Assembly: GCA_049840735.1 (NCBI GenBank)
Contig: JASGJN010000017.1
Span: 512,001-576,000, forward strand
Direction: 5' to 3'
DNA length: 64,000 nucleotides
Source: Anaeromyxobacter sp.
GTDB taxonomy: Bacteria > Myxococcota > Myxococcia > Myxococcales > Anaeromyxobacteraceae
Shown here: positions 29,452 through 38,730 of the stretch, in pieces
How positions within the stretch are numbered: the first letter of the stretch is position 1
Layout of the letters: every line of letters begins with the position of its first letter
Program-made: the position numbers and the translations under genes
Notes under the pieces: generated by a model
The model's input: only the letters and a program-made list of their open reading frames with translations
Database searches by the model: none
What the model was told of the DNA's origin: nothing

Positions 29452-30618
29452 CCCTGCCCGGCGTCGTCCAGCAGCCACGCGCCCACCTCCGTCCCCTCCG
29501 GCAGCGCGCCGGCCTCGGCCGGCAGGAGCAGCAGCACGTCGGCCAGCGCCGGTCCCCGCACCTGGGCCGCGTCGCGCCCCAGCGGCCGCGCCCGCCCCGT
29601 CCGGCTCCAGCGCCGCCCAGACCAGCCGGGCGCGCCCGGGCCGCCCCTCGGCCGGCGCGGCCAGCCGCAGCGGCACCAGCGGGCGCGCCGCGACCGGGGC
29701 GCCCGCGAGGCGGCGCAGCGCCGGCCGCGCGAAGACCTCGTACGCGGCCAGGCAGGCCGAGGGGCTCCCCGGCAGCCCCAGCACCGGCACCGCCCCGGCC
29801 AGCGCGAACAGGAACGGCTTGCCGGGCTTCATGGGCACGCCGTGCACCCGCACCTCGGCGCCGAGCCGCGCCAGCGCCGCCGGCACCGCGTCGCGCTCGC
29901 CCACCGACACGCCGCCGATGGTGATGAGCGCGTCGGCCCCGGCCAGCGCCTCGCGCAGCGCCGCCTCGACCGCCTCCGGCGCGTCGCCCACCCGCCGCCG
30001 CTCCACGAGCAGCCCCGCCGCCTCGGCCAGCCCGGCCACCGCCACGCCGTTCGAGTCCGGCGTCCGCCCCGCCACCAGCTCGTCGCCGGTCGAGAGCACC
30101 CGCACCCGCGGCCGCCGGTGCACCGCCACGTCCGCGACCCCCACCGCCGCCAGCAGCGCCCGCTGCCGCGCGCCCAGCCGCGTCCCGGCGGGCAGCGCCA
30201 CCTGCCCGGCCTCCACGTCCTCGCCGGCCTGGCGCACGTTCTCGCCGGGCCGGACCGGCCCCAGCCTCACCCGCCCGTCCGCGGCCCGGGCCGCCTCCTG
30301 CCGGACCACCGCGTCGGCTCCCGGCGGCAGCGGCGCGCCGGTGAAGATCCGCATGGCCTCGCCCGGGACCAGCGCGCGGCCGGGGGCGTCGCCGGCGTAG
30401 AGCGCGGGACCAGCGCGGAGCTCCACCTCCGCGGGCGCGTCGGCGGCCCGCACCGCCCAGCCGTCCATGGCGGAGCAGGTGTGCGGAGGTGCAGGACGTG
30501 CGGCCAGGGGCGACCCAGCCAGCCAGCGCCCCTGCGCCGCCTCCAGCGGACAGCGCTCCGCGCCCACGGGATGCACGGCTGTCAGGACCTGGTCGCGGAT
30601 CTCGAGGAGCTTCTCCAC
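29448..30618 (-). CDS. moeA: Molybdopterin molybdenumtransferase MoeA (apparent frameshift ~29596)
   Basis: SAMDGWAV, RIFTGAPLP, ENVRQAGED, STGDEL, GGVSVGERD, MKPGKP, GLPGSP. Confidence 0.93.
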
Positions 30619-30684
30619 CGCCGGATGATGCCACGGCGGCCGCTGGCGCGCCCGCCTCACCGCAAAAGGTGCGCCTTCTCAGAG

Positions 30685-30698
30685 TTGATCTCGACCAA
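30685..30698. promoter_or_regulatory. FNR-type binding box
   Basis: TTGAT-CTCG-ACCAA, 9/10 match to TTGAT-N4-ATCAA, between divergent moeA and the FNR-like gene; perfect palindrome TTGATCGATCAA at 30717-30728. Confidence 0.65.
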
Positions 30699-30802
30699 AG
30701 CGAAGAACTTGCAGACTTGATCGATCAAAGTCCTTGTTTTTCGCGGGCCTGGCTGATGCAAACCGACGGGGATCAAGAAGCCCTGCCCTGGAGGCCACGC
30801 CC

Positions 30803-31459
30803 GTGCTGTCCAACACCCCTGTCTCGGACTGCGGCACCTGCACCCTCGGCCTCGCCTCGCAGGGGCGCTGCCGCCTGACGCCCTCCTCGCGCGAGTCCGG
30901 CGCCACCATCTGCGCCCAGGGCGAGCGGCCGCGGACCGTCTACTTCATCAAGGAGGGGTTCGTCGCCCTCTCCGCCATCTCGCCCCGCGGCTCCGAGCTG
31001 CTGCTCTCGCTGCGCGGCCCCGCCTCGCTGCTCTGCACCGAGGCGCTCCAGGACCAGCCCTCGCCCTACGAAGTCCGGGCGCTCTCGCGCGTCAAGGTGT
31101 GCGGCATCTCCAGCGACGCGATGGTCCAGTGGATCGGCCCGGAGCGCAGCGCCGCCCGCGTGGTGCTGGACCTGCTGCTCACCGAGGGCCGGCAGCAGCG
31201 CGACGAGGTCAACTGGCGGCAGGGGGACTGCCTCTCGCGCGTGGCCCGCTTCGCGCTCGCCCACGCCCGCTTCCTGGCCGATCGCCCGAACGCCGTGCGC
31301 AAGCAGGTGGTGGCGCGGCTGCTCGGGATGAGGCCGGAGACCCTTTCGCGCTGCCTCACCCGGCTGGAGAAGGACGGGGTGGTGGACGCGTCGCGCGGTG
31401 TGCGCGTGCTGGACCAGCGGCGGCTGGCAGCCATCGCGATGGAAGACAACGCCGCCTGA
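30803..31459 (+). CDS. FNR-like Crp/Fnr family regulator, probable Fe-S O2 sensor
   Basis: GGAGG then GTG at 30803; N-terminal C-x2-C-x9-C, internal KVCGI, recognition helix PETLSR (ExxSR). Confidence 0.8.
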   Translation: MLSNTPVSDCGTCTLGLASQGRCRLTPSSRESGATICAQGERPRTVYFIKEGFVALSAISPRGSELLLSLRGPASLLCTEALQDQPSPYEVRALSRVKVCGISSDAMVQWIGPERSAARVVLDLLLTEGRQQRDEVNWRQGDCLSRVARFALAHARFLADRPNAVRKQVVARLLGMRPETLSRCLTRLEKDGVVDASRGVRVLDQRRLAAIAMEDNAA

Positions 31460-31504
31460 GGCTGTTAAAGAAGGACCGCCGCCCTCCGGCGGGAAAGGGT
31501 GAAC

Positions 31505-31684
31505 ATGCGTCTTGGTGTTCCGGAGTTGCTGATCCTCCTGGCGATCGTCCTGCTGCTCTTCGGGTCGACCAAGCTGCCGCAGCTCGGCGCTGGCCTGGGC
31601 CAGAGCATCCGCTCGTTCAAGAAGGCGATGAGCGGCGACGACGAGAAGCCCGCGCCTGGCCCCGACCAGACGCCGAAGTCGTAG
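31505..31684 (+). CDS. tatA: Twin-arginine translocase subunit TatA/E
   Basis: LGVPELLILLAIVLLLFGSTKLPQLGAGLGQSIRSFKK. Confidence 0.95.
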   Translation: MRLGVPELLILLAIVLLLFGSTKLPQLGAGLGQSIRSFKKAMSGDDEKPAPGPDQTPKS

Positions 31685-32258
31685 CCCTGCCGCCGGGGCG
31701 CCCCCGCGCCGCGCCGCCCGAGGTGGGCCTGGCGCGCAGGGTTGGCGCCCCGGAGCAGCATCCCCGCACGAAACGCACCCCTCCCCGACCGCACCAGAGC
31801 GTGCGGCCGGGCAGGCGCTCGCCTTCTCCGCTCCCCTGTGGGGACGCCGGCGCTCCGCAACCCCTCGTCGCCTCGGGGCCGGTCCGCACTCGGCACCCGC
31901 GCGGGGAATCATCCACGCTTACCCGCCCGCACCTGGACTCCCCCTGGGCTCGACCCTTGCTGTAGCCACCGCCGGGACGCAGACCACCGCGCCGGAGCCC
32001 GCGCTCGAGCACCGTCCTGACGGGACGGACAGAGCGGCCTGAGGTCGTCCGCGTAGGCTGCCCCGCCGCCCGAGGGCCGCGGAGCCGCCTGGAGCACGCG
32101 GCCAGACCGGGAGTGGGAGGCCGCCGCTCGCCGGACCCGCCGGTGGCCCGCGTCCTGATGTCCTTGGGGGCTTCGTTCCGCCCCGCCCCCTCCGGAGCCC
32201 CTGTTGCGGGCATCCCCCTTGAACCCAGACGATCCAGGCTGATCGCGAGGGTTGAGCC

Positions 32259-32684
32259 ATGATCAAGCGTATCCTGGTCGCGGTGGACGGCTCGGAGGCG
32301 GCGCTGAAGGCGGCGCGGATGGCGGCCGAGCTGGCCGGCAAGCTGGGGGCGAAGCTCACGCTGGTGCACGTGGTCCCGAAGCTGCTCCTGCCGCCGGACG
32401 TCTACGGCCTCACCATCGCGGCGGTCGAGAAGGAGCACCGCGCCTACGCCGAGAAGGTGCTGGAGAAGGCCGCCGCCACGATCGAGGCGGAGGGGCTCGA
32501 GATCGGCACCACGGTGCTGTTCGGCTCGCCGGCCGAGGCCATCGCCGAGGAGGCGGCCGCGGTGGACGTGGGGCTGCTGGTGGTGGGCAGCCGCGGCCAC
32601 GGCGCGGTGGCGCGGGTGTTCCTGGGCAGCGTCTCCGACCGGCTGGTCCACATCAGCTCGAAGCCGGTCCTGGTCGTGCACTAG
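32259..32684 (+). CDS. Universal stress protein
   Basis: KRILVAVDGSE...VVGSRG..LGSVS..PVLVV. Confidence 0.95.
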   Translation: MIKRILVAVDGSEAALKAARMAAELAGKLGAKLTLVHVVPKLLLPPDVYGLTIAAVEKEHRAYAEKVLEKAAATIEAEGLEIGTTVLFGSPAEAIAEEAAAVDVGLLVVGSRGHGAVARVFLGSVSDRLVHISSKPVLVVH

Positions 32685-32731
32685 CTGAGCACCGCCGAGT
32701 GCCGATCGATGAACGCACGCGAAGATGTACA

Positions 32732-32884
32732 GGGTGGGGGCCCCTGCGAAGCAGGGGGAGGGGCGTAGCCCCTCGCCGCGGGGCAGCCGCGCGGAGCCGC
32801 GAAGCGGTGAGCACGGCCCAGGGCCCCGCGCAGCAGGGGTGGGGCCCCGACGGCTCCGCCGGCGGGGCGGGGGCGCAGCCCCCG
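32732..32884. repeat. Two REP-like family-A palindromic elements
   Basis: GGGTGGGGGCCCCTGCGAAGCAGGGGGAGGGGCGTAGCCCCTC and GGGGTGGGGCCCC...GGGGGCGCAGCCCCCG. Confidence 0.55.
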
Positions 32885-32900
32885 TTACAAGGAGGTGCCC

Positions 32901-33341
32901 ATGATCTCGGTCGGCGACGTCATGACGCGTGACCTGGTCACGGTGCAGGAGACCGACGACGTGGCGCTGGCCGAGTCGCTCCTCAAGATGGGCCGGTTCC
33001 GCCACCTGCCGGTGGTGCGCGACGGGCAGGTGGTGGGGCTGGTCACCGCGCGTGACATCCTGAGGGCCGGGCTGGCCGGCCGGCCCGCCGCGCGCGGCGT
33101 CCACCTGGCGGAGATCATGACCCGCGACCCGGTCACGGTCGCGCCGCGGGCCAGCCTGGTCTCGGCGGCCCGGACCATGCTGGACCAGAAGTACGGGTGC
33201 CTGCCGGTGTGCGAGCCCGGCGGAGACCTGGTGGGGATCCTGACCGAGGCCGACTTCGTCCGCTTCGCGGCCGACGTGGTCCACGATCTCGACCTGGTGT
33301 CCGAGGCGGTGCACGCCACCGCCAGCGGGCCCGCCGCGTAG
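32901..33341 (+). CDS. CBS-pair protein
   Basis: VGDVMTRD..FRHLPVV..VGLVT.RD; IMTRDP..GCLPV..VGILTEAD. Confidence 0.92.
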   Translation: MISVGDVMTRDLVTVQETDDVALAESLLKMGRFRHLPVVRDGQVVGLVTARDILRAGLAGRPAARGVHLAEIMTRDPVTVAPRASLVSAARTMLDQKYGCLPVCEPGGDLVGILTEADFVRFAADVVHDLDLVSEAVHATASGPAA

Positions 33342-33449
33342 CGGCTCCGCCACCCGCCAGGTCCCTCGAGGCACGCCCCTCCTGGCGCTGTGGGCCCGGC
33401 CGAGGCCCCGTCCGTTGACCCGCCGGTGCTTCCCCCCTATAGGGAGCGC

Positions 33450-34599
33450 ATGTCCGAGACCGTGTTCGCGGAGCTCAAGCGCTACGTGCTGTTCGAGGCG
33501 GGCGATGAGGCGGCGCTGCGCGCCTTCCACCCGCTGGCCGCCCCGCACTTCCAGCGCATCTCGGAGGTCTTCTACGACCGGATCCTGGGGCACGAGGAGG
33601 CCCGCAAGGCGCTGGTGGGCGGCGAGAGCCAGGTCGGCCACCTGAAGGTCACGCTGGTGGCCTGGATGGACAAGCTGCTGACCGGTCCCTGGGACGAGGC
33701 CTACTGGGACGAGCGCTACAAGATCGGCCGCGTCCACGTCCGCATCGCCCTGCCCCAGCACTACATGTTCGGGGCCATGAACGTGATCCGCGAGCAGCTC
33801 CTCCAGCTCGCCTGGCAGCACTTCCAGGCCGATCCGGAGGCGCTGCGGACGGCGCGCGAGGCGCTCAGCAAGAATCCTCGACCTGGAGCTGGCCATCATG
33901 CTCCACACCTACCGCGACGACCTGCTGGCCCAGCAGGCGCGGGTGGAGCGGCTCTCCACCTTCGGCCAGCTGGTGGGCTCGATCGGCCACGACCTGCGCA
34001 ACCCGCTGGGCGTGATCGAGACCTCGCTCTACATCCTGCGCGGCCGCGTGGGCGAGGACGAGCGGGCGCGCAAGCACGTGGACCGGATCGGCGAGCAGCT
34101 GGGCATCGCGAACGGGATCATCACCAACCTGCTCGACATGATCCGCAACCGGCCGCTGGTGAAGGAGCCGGTGGTCCTGGCCGAGGTGCTCGGCGGCGTG
34201 GCCGAGGTGGTGAAGCACCCGCCCGGCGTGGCCATCCGGCTGGAGGAGCTGGCGGCGCTGCCGGGCGTGGAGGGCGATCCGGTCCAGCTCCGCCAGGTCT
34301 TCGCCAACCTGATCGAGAACGCGGTCTTCGCCGCCTCGCCGGAGGGGACGGTCACCATCCGCGGCCTGCAGGCGGACGGCGCGGTGGCCGTGGCGGTGGA
34401 GGACACCGGTCCGGGGGTCGATCCGGCCACCCGGCGCCGCCTCTTCGAGCCGCTCATCACCACCAAGGACCGGGGAATCGGCCTGGGGCTGGCGCTGGTG
34501 AAGCGGATCGCCGAGCGCCACGGGGGTGGGGTCGATTATTCCGACAGGCCCGGCGGCGGCGCCTGCTTCACGGTCCGGCTGCCCGCGAAGGTGGAGTGA
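33450..34599 (+). CDS. Globin-coupled O2-sensing histidine kinase, AfGcHK-like (apparent frameshift ~33873)
   Basis: Globin [42 protein letters not shown]-box [10 protein letters not shown]1, G2 boxes. Confidence 0.9.
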
Positions 34600-34604
34600 T
34601 CCGC

Positions 34605-35311
34605 ATGCGCCAGTACCTCATCGTGGACGACAACCTGGACTTCGCCGAGAACCTGGCCGAGATCCTGCGGGACGAGGGGGACGAGGTCACCATCGCCGGG
34701 GACGGCAAGGCGGCGCTGGAGCTGGTCCGCGGCCGCCGCTTCGACGCCATCCTCACCGACATGCGGATGCCGCTCATGGGCGGCGCCGAGCTGGTCCACG
34801 AGCTGCGCCGCGTGGACCCAGGCGCCGCGGCCATGGTCATCACCGCCCACGCCGGCGACCACGACCTGGAGTCGGCCCGCCGCGAGGGGCTGCTGGCCGT
34901 GCTGCAGAAGCCGGTCCCCCCGGTGCGCGTCCTGGAGCTCCTGGCCTCGGCCCGCCGCGACGGCCTGGTGGTGGTGATCGAGGACGACGACCGGATGAGC
35001 GACAACCTCTGCGAGGCGCTGCGCTCGCGCGGGTTCGCGGCCGTCACCGCCGCCTCGGTGCTGGAGACCGAGCGGCTCGGCCCGGTCCAGCCCTTCTGCG
35101 CGCTGGTGGACCTGCGCGTGCCCGGCGGCCCGGACGGCGAGGCCATGCGCCAGGTGGCGGCCAAGTACCCCGGCCTGCCCATGATCGTGGTGACGGCGCA
35201 CGACACCTCGCATCCGCCGCTGCCGCACCAGGGCTACTTCCGGAAGCCCTTCGACACCCCCGCCCTGCTCTCCGCGGTGGAGCGGCTCCACCAGTCGCGG
35301 GCCCCGGCGCG

Positions 35312-35315
<4 letters not shown>
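34605..35315 (+). CDS. Tandem two-receiver response regulator, probable GcHK partner
   Basis: YLIVDD..LTDMRMP..QKP and VVIEDD..LVDLRVP..RKP. Confidence 0.9.
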
Positions 35316-36434
<1,119 letters not shown>

Positions 36435-36500
36435 CCGCGCCGGCAACCACCTGTTCCCGGGGGCCTTTCCCGGACACTGCTGATTTCCCGAGGCCGCGCA

Positions 36501-36528
36501 GTCACAACCCCTCGCGAGGGGGGTTCAA
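36501..36528 (+). promoter_or_regulatory. Candidate ECF-type promoter, copy 1
   Basis: GTCACAACC-N13-GTTCAA; 22/28 identical to 38673-38700 on the minus strand. Confidence 0.5.
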
Positions 36529-36534
36529 AGAATC

Positions 36535-36630
36535 AGACGGGCTGCACAGGCGACGCGGCCGTCCAATCATCCCGCGGGGGGGATGTCCCGGGGGCCCTGC
36601 CTGCTAGCGCGGGCAGGGCCTTCGTTTCTT
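36535..36630 (+). ncRNA. Candidate small RNA (~95 nt, three hairpins)
   Basis: Follows the motif; stems GACGGGCTGC/GCGGCCGTC, CATCCC/GGGATG and a terminator; no plausible ORF. Confidence 0.35.
36593..36630 (+). terminator. Intrinsic terminator
   Basis: GGCCCTGCCTGC-TAGC-GCGGGCAGGGCC followed by TTCGTTTCTT. Confidence 0.75.
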
Positions 36631-37199
36631 CAGCCGTCGCCGTGCCGCTCCTTCACCAGCGCCGCCAGCCGCGCCTTGATCCGCTCGTAGCGCTTGCGCA
36701 GCGTGGCCGGGTCGACCGGGGCGGTGTCGGTGGAGAGCACCTCGGCCACGTCCTCCCAGGCCAGCTGCTGGTCCAGCCGGAGCACCAGCAGCGTCTGGTC
36801 CTCGTCGGACAGCTCGGCCCGCAGCTCCTCCAGCTCGCGCCGCTGCCGCTCCACGCGCAGGCCGGTGCGGGTCCGCACCTCGTCGGCCAGCCGCGAGGCC
36901 TCGCTCGACTCCAGCCGCTGGTGCAGCCGCCGCCAGCCGTCGTCGCGCACCTTCATGGCCGCGCTCCAGGCCGCCTTGAAGGCCCAGGTGCGCGAGGTGG
37001 AGCGCCCCTCGAAGCGAGGGACGCCGCGCCAGACCTGCTCGGCGAAGAGCGAGAACGCGTCGGACGCGTCGGCGTCGTTGCCCAGCAGCTTGTGCAGGTA
37101 GCCCAGGATGCGGGGTCCGTGGCCACGGATAATCTCGGTGGCGGCCTCGCGATGCTGGCCCGCCGCCATCAGCTCCGTGACCCGCGCCTCGACGTCCAT
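36630..37199 (-). CDS. ECF sigma factor
   Basis: Region 2 DADASDAFS..VWRGVPRFEGRSTSRTWAF; region 4 LSDEDQTLLVLR..WEDVAEVL..TLRKRYERIKARL. Confidence 0.88.
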   Translation of the reverse strand: MDVEARVTELMAAGQHREAATEIIRGHGPRILGYLHKLLGNDADASDAFSLFAEQVWRGVPRFEGRSTSRTWAFKAAWSAAMKVRDDGWRRLHQRLESSEASRLADEVRTRTGLRVERQRRELEELRAELSDEDQTLLVLRLDQQLAWEDVAEVLSTDTAPVDPATLRKRYERIKARLAALVKERHGDG

Positions 37200-37365
37200 C
37201 CCCGCAACCTACGACGGCCCCCACCCCGCGGTCGAGCGGGCGCGGGTGCGCGGGCACTTGCCCAGGTCTCGGGCAGGGTGTCGCCCGCTCCCGGGCAGTC
37301 GCGCGGCCGGGGTCGCCTGGATCCTCGACCAACCGGGAAAGACCCGGAGTTACCGCGGCTTGCGT

Positions 37366-38313
37366 TCAGCCTGGCGCCGTCGCCAGCAGCCCGGCCAGGG
37401 TGTCGGTGATGGGCAGGCCGGTCCGCTCCTCGACGAAGAGCCACTGACCGGATGGGTTCACTTCCAGGAAGAACCAGGCCCCGTCGTCGCGCCGGCGCAG
37501 GTCGACCGCCGCGTAGAGCAGCCCCAGCTCGCGGAGCAGCCCCCGCAGGCCTGCCGCCACCGCGGGGGGCAGCGTACAGGGGGCGACCTTGCAGTCGTCG
37601 TAGACCTCGCGGAAGTCGTGCGGGGACCGGGTGCTGCGCGGGTCGATCTCGGCGGCAAAGAGCGCCTCCCCGACGGCGGTCACCCGCACGTCCACGCCCG
37701 GCACCCACTCCTGGAAGATCACCGGCGCGAGCCGCAGGTCGTCCAGCCGGGCCAGGTCCTGGAGCCCCACGCGGCGGGTGGTCCAGTGGGTCTGGTTGGG
37801 GCGCAAGAGCTTCGCCACCGCCCTGCCCTCGCCCTGCTCGGCCAGGAACGCGCTGGCCGCCGCCGGGTCGCTGGTGATGAGCGTGGCGGGCACGCGCAGC
37901 CCGTGCCGCCCGGCGCGGGCCAGCTGGTTGGGCTTGTGGCCGGCGGCCTCGTCTCGCCAGGGCTGGTTCACGAGCAGCGCCCCGGGCTCGAGGGAAGCCA
38001 GGAGGCCCATCACCGCCTCGCCGGTCTGCGCGACGGCGTGCGCGGCGTCGGCGCTGGACAGCCCGGTCGCGGCCCGCAGCGGGAGCGGCCGGCGCCACCA
38101 GAGCGCGGTGACCTGGCGGGCGTCGAGCGCCTCCTGGCCGTCGACGCGCAGGGTGCGGGCCTCGCTCCCGCCACCGCCGTAGGAGAGGGCCAGCTGGCCG
38201 CGGCGAGGCAGGTCGGCCAGGTCGATCACCGCCGCCCGCGCCCCCCGGTGGCGCAGCGCAGCCAGCAGCGGCGCAGCGTGGCCGTCGCCCGCGTGGGTGA
38301 CGGCCAGGATCAC
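37366..38313 (-). CDS. MvdC/MvdD-family ATP-grasp ligase (graspetide maturase-like)
   Basis: VILAVTHAGD.H, WWRRP, VNQP..AAGHKPNQL..GLRVPATLITSD, APVIFQE, DVRVTAVG, DFR, LGLLYAAVD, FLEVNPSGQWLFVE. Confidence 0.88.
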   Translation of the reverse strand: MILAVTHAGDGHAAPLLAALRHRGARAAVIDLADLPRRGQLALSYGGGGSEARTLRVDGQEALDARQVTALWWRRPLPLRAATGLSSADAAHAVAQTGEAVMGLLASLEPGALLVNQPWRDEAAGHKPNQLARAGRHGLRVPATLITSDPAAASAFLAEQGEGRAVAKLLRPNQTHWTTRRVGLQDLARLDDLRLAPVIFQEWVPGVDVRVTAVGEALFAAEIDPRSTRSPHDFREVYDDCKVAPCTLPPAVAAGLRGLLRELGLLYAAVDLRRRDDGAWFFLEVNPSGQWLFVEERTGLPITDTLAGLLATAPG

Positions 38314-38648
38314 GTCGTGATGGTGCCGGGCGTGCCGCCGTCGGGCGGCAGGTGGGCGTGCTCCACCTCGGCGTGGAGCTTGGAGTACCAGTGCTGGAGC
38401 TCGTTCAGCGTCTCGATGTCGTCGGGGTCCAGGTGCCCGTCGCGGTGCTCGCTCTGGAGCAGGTCCAGCACCGGGGTGATCAGCTTGAGCAGCTGCCCCA
38501 CCAGCTGGGCGCGGTGCGCTGCGCCGGAGCCCGTGATCCCCTCCGGCGCACCCCAGGGACGCGAGACCCCCGTGGCCGAGACGCGCTGATAGAGCGCGCC
38601 GAAGGAGGTGACGTCCGTTCCCGTTTCCGTGTTGTTGTTCCTCGCCAT
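38310..38648 (-). CDS. 112-aa protein, candidate ATP-grasp substrate/RiPP precursor
   Basis: GGGAGG RBS, GC-rich third codon positions, TGA overlaps the ATP-grasp GTG; TSFGALY leader-like motif; Thr/Ser- and Asp/Glu-rich. Confidence 0.7.
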   Translation of the reverse strand: MARNNNTETGTDVTSFGALYQRVSATGVSRPWGAPEGITGSGAAHRAQLVGQLLKLITPVLDLLQSEHRDGHLDPDDIETLNELQHWYSKLHAEVEHAHLPPDGGTPGTITT

Positions 38649-38672
38649 GACCTGGACCCTCCCGGTGCAACG

Positions 38673-38700
38673 TTGAACTCCGCTCGCCGCAGGTTGTGAC
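38673..38700 (-). promoter_or_regulatory. Candidate ECF-type promoter, copy 2
   Basis: GTCACAACC-TGCGGCGAGCGGA-GTTCAA immediately upstream of the RBS of the 112-aa gene. Confidence 0.55.
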
Positions 38701-38730
38701 GGTCCCCTGATCGCAGGACGCGCAGCCCGG

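Noticed and set aside
28528..30660. A 710-aa MoeA-MobB-KGG triple fusion
   Set aside because: The MoeA C-terminus continues in another frame after a G-run indel and stops at 29448, overlapping the mobB start
27856..30720. Long antisense or alternative-frame ORFs here and elsewhere (e.g. 20395-22806, 44407-46887, 60062-62578)
   Set aside because: Arg/Gly/Pro/Ala-rich shadows of real genes, expected where stop codons are rare in high-GC DNA
32160..32250. 6S RNA, suggested by CCTTGAACCC
   Set aside because: No complementary arm or long rod structure could be identified by eye
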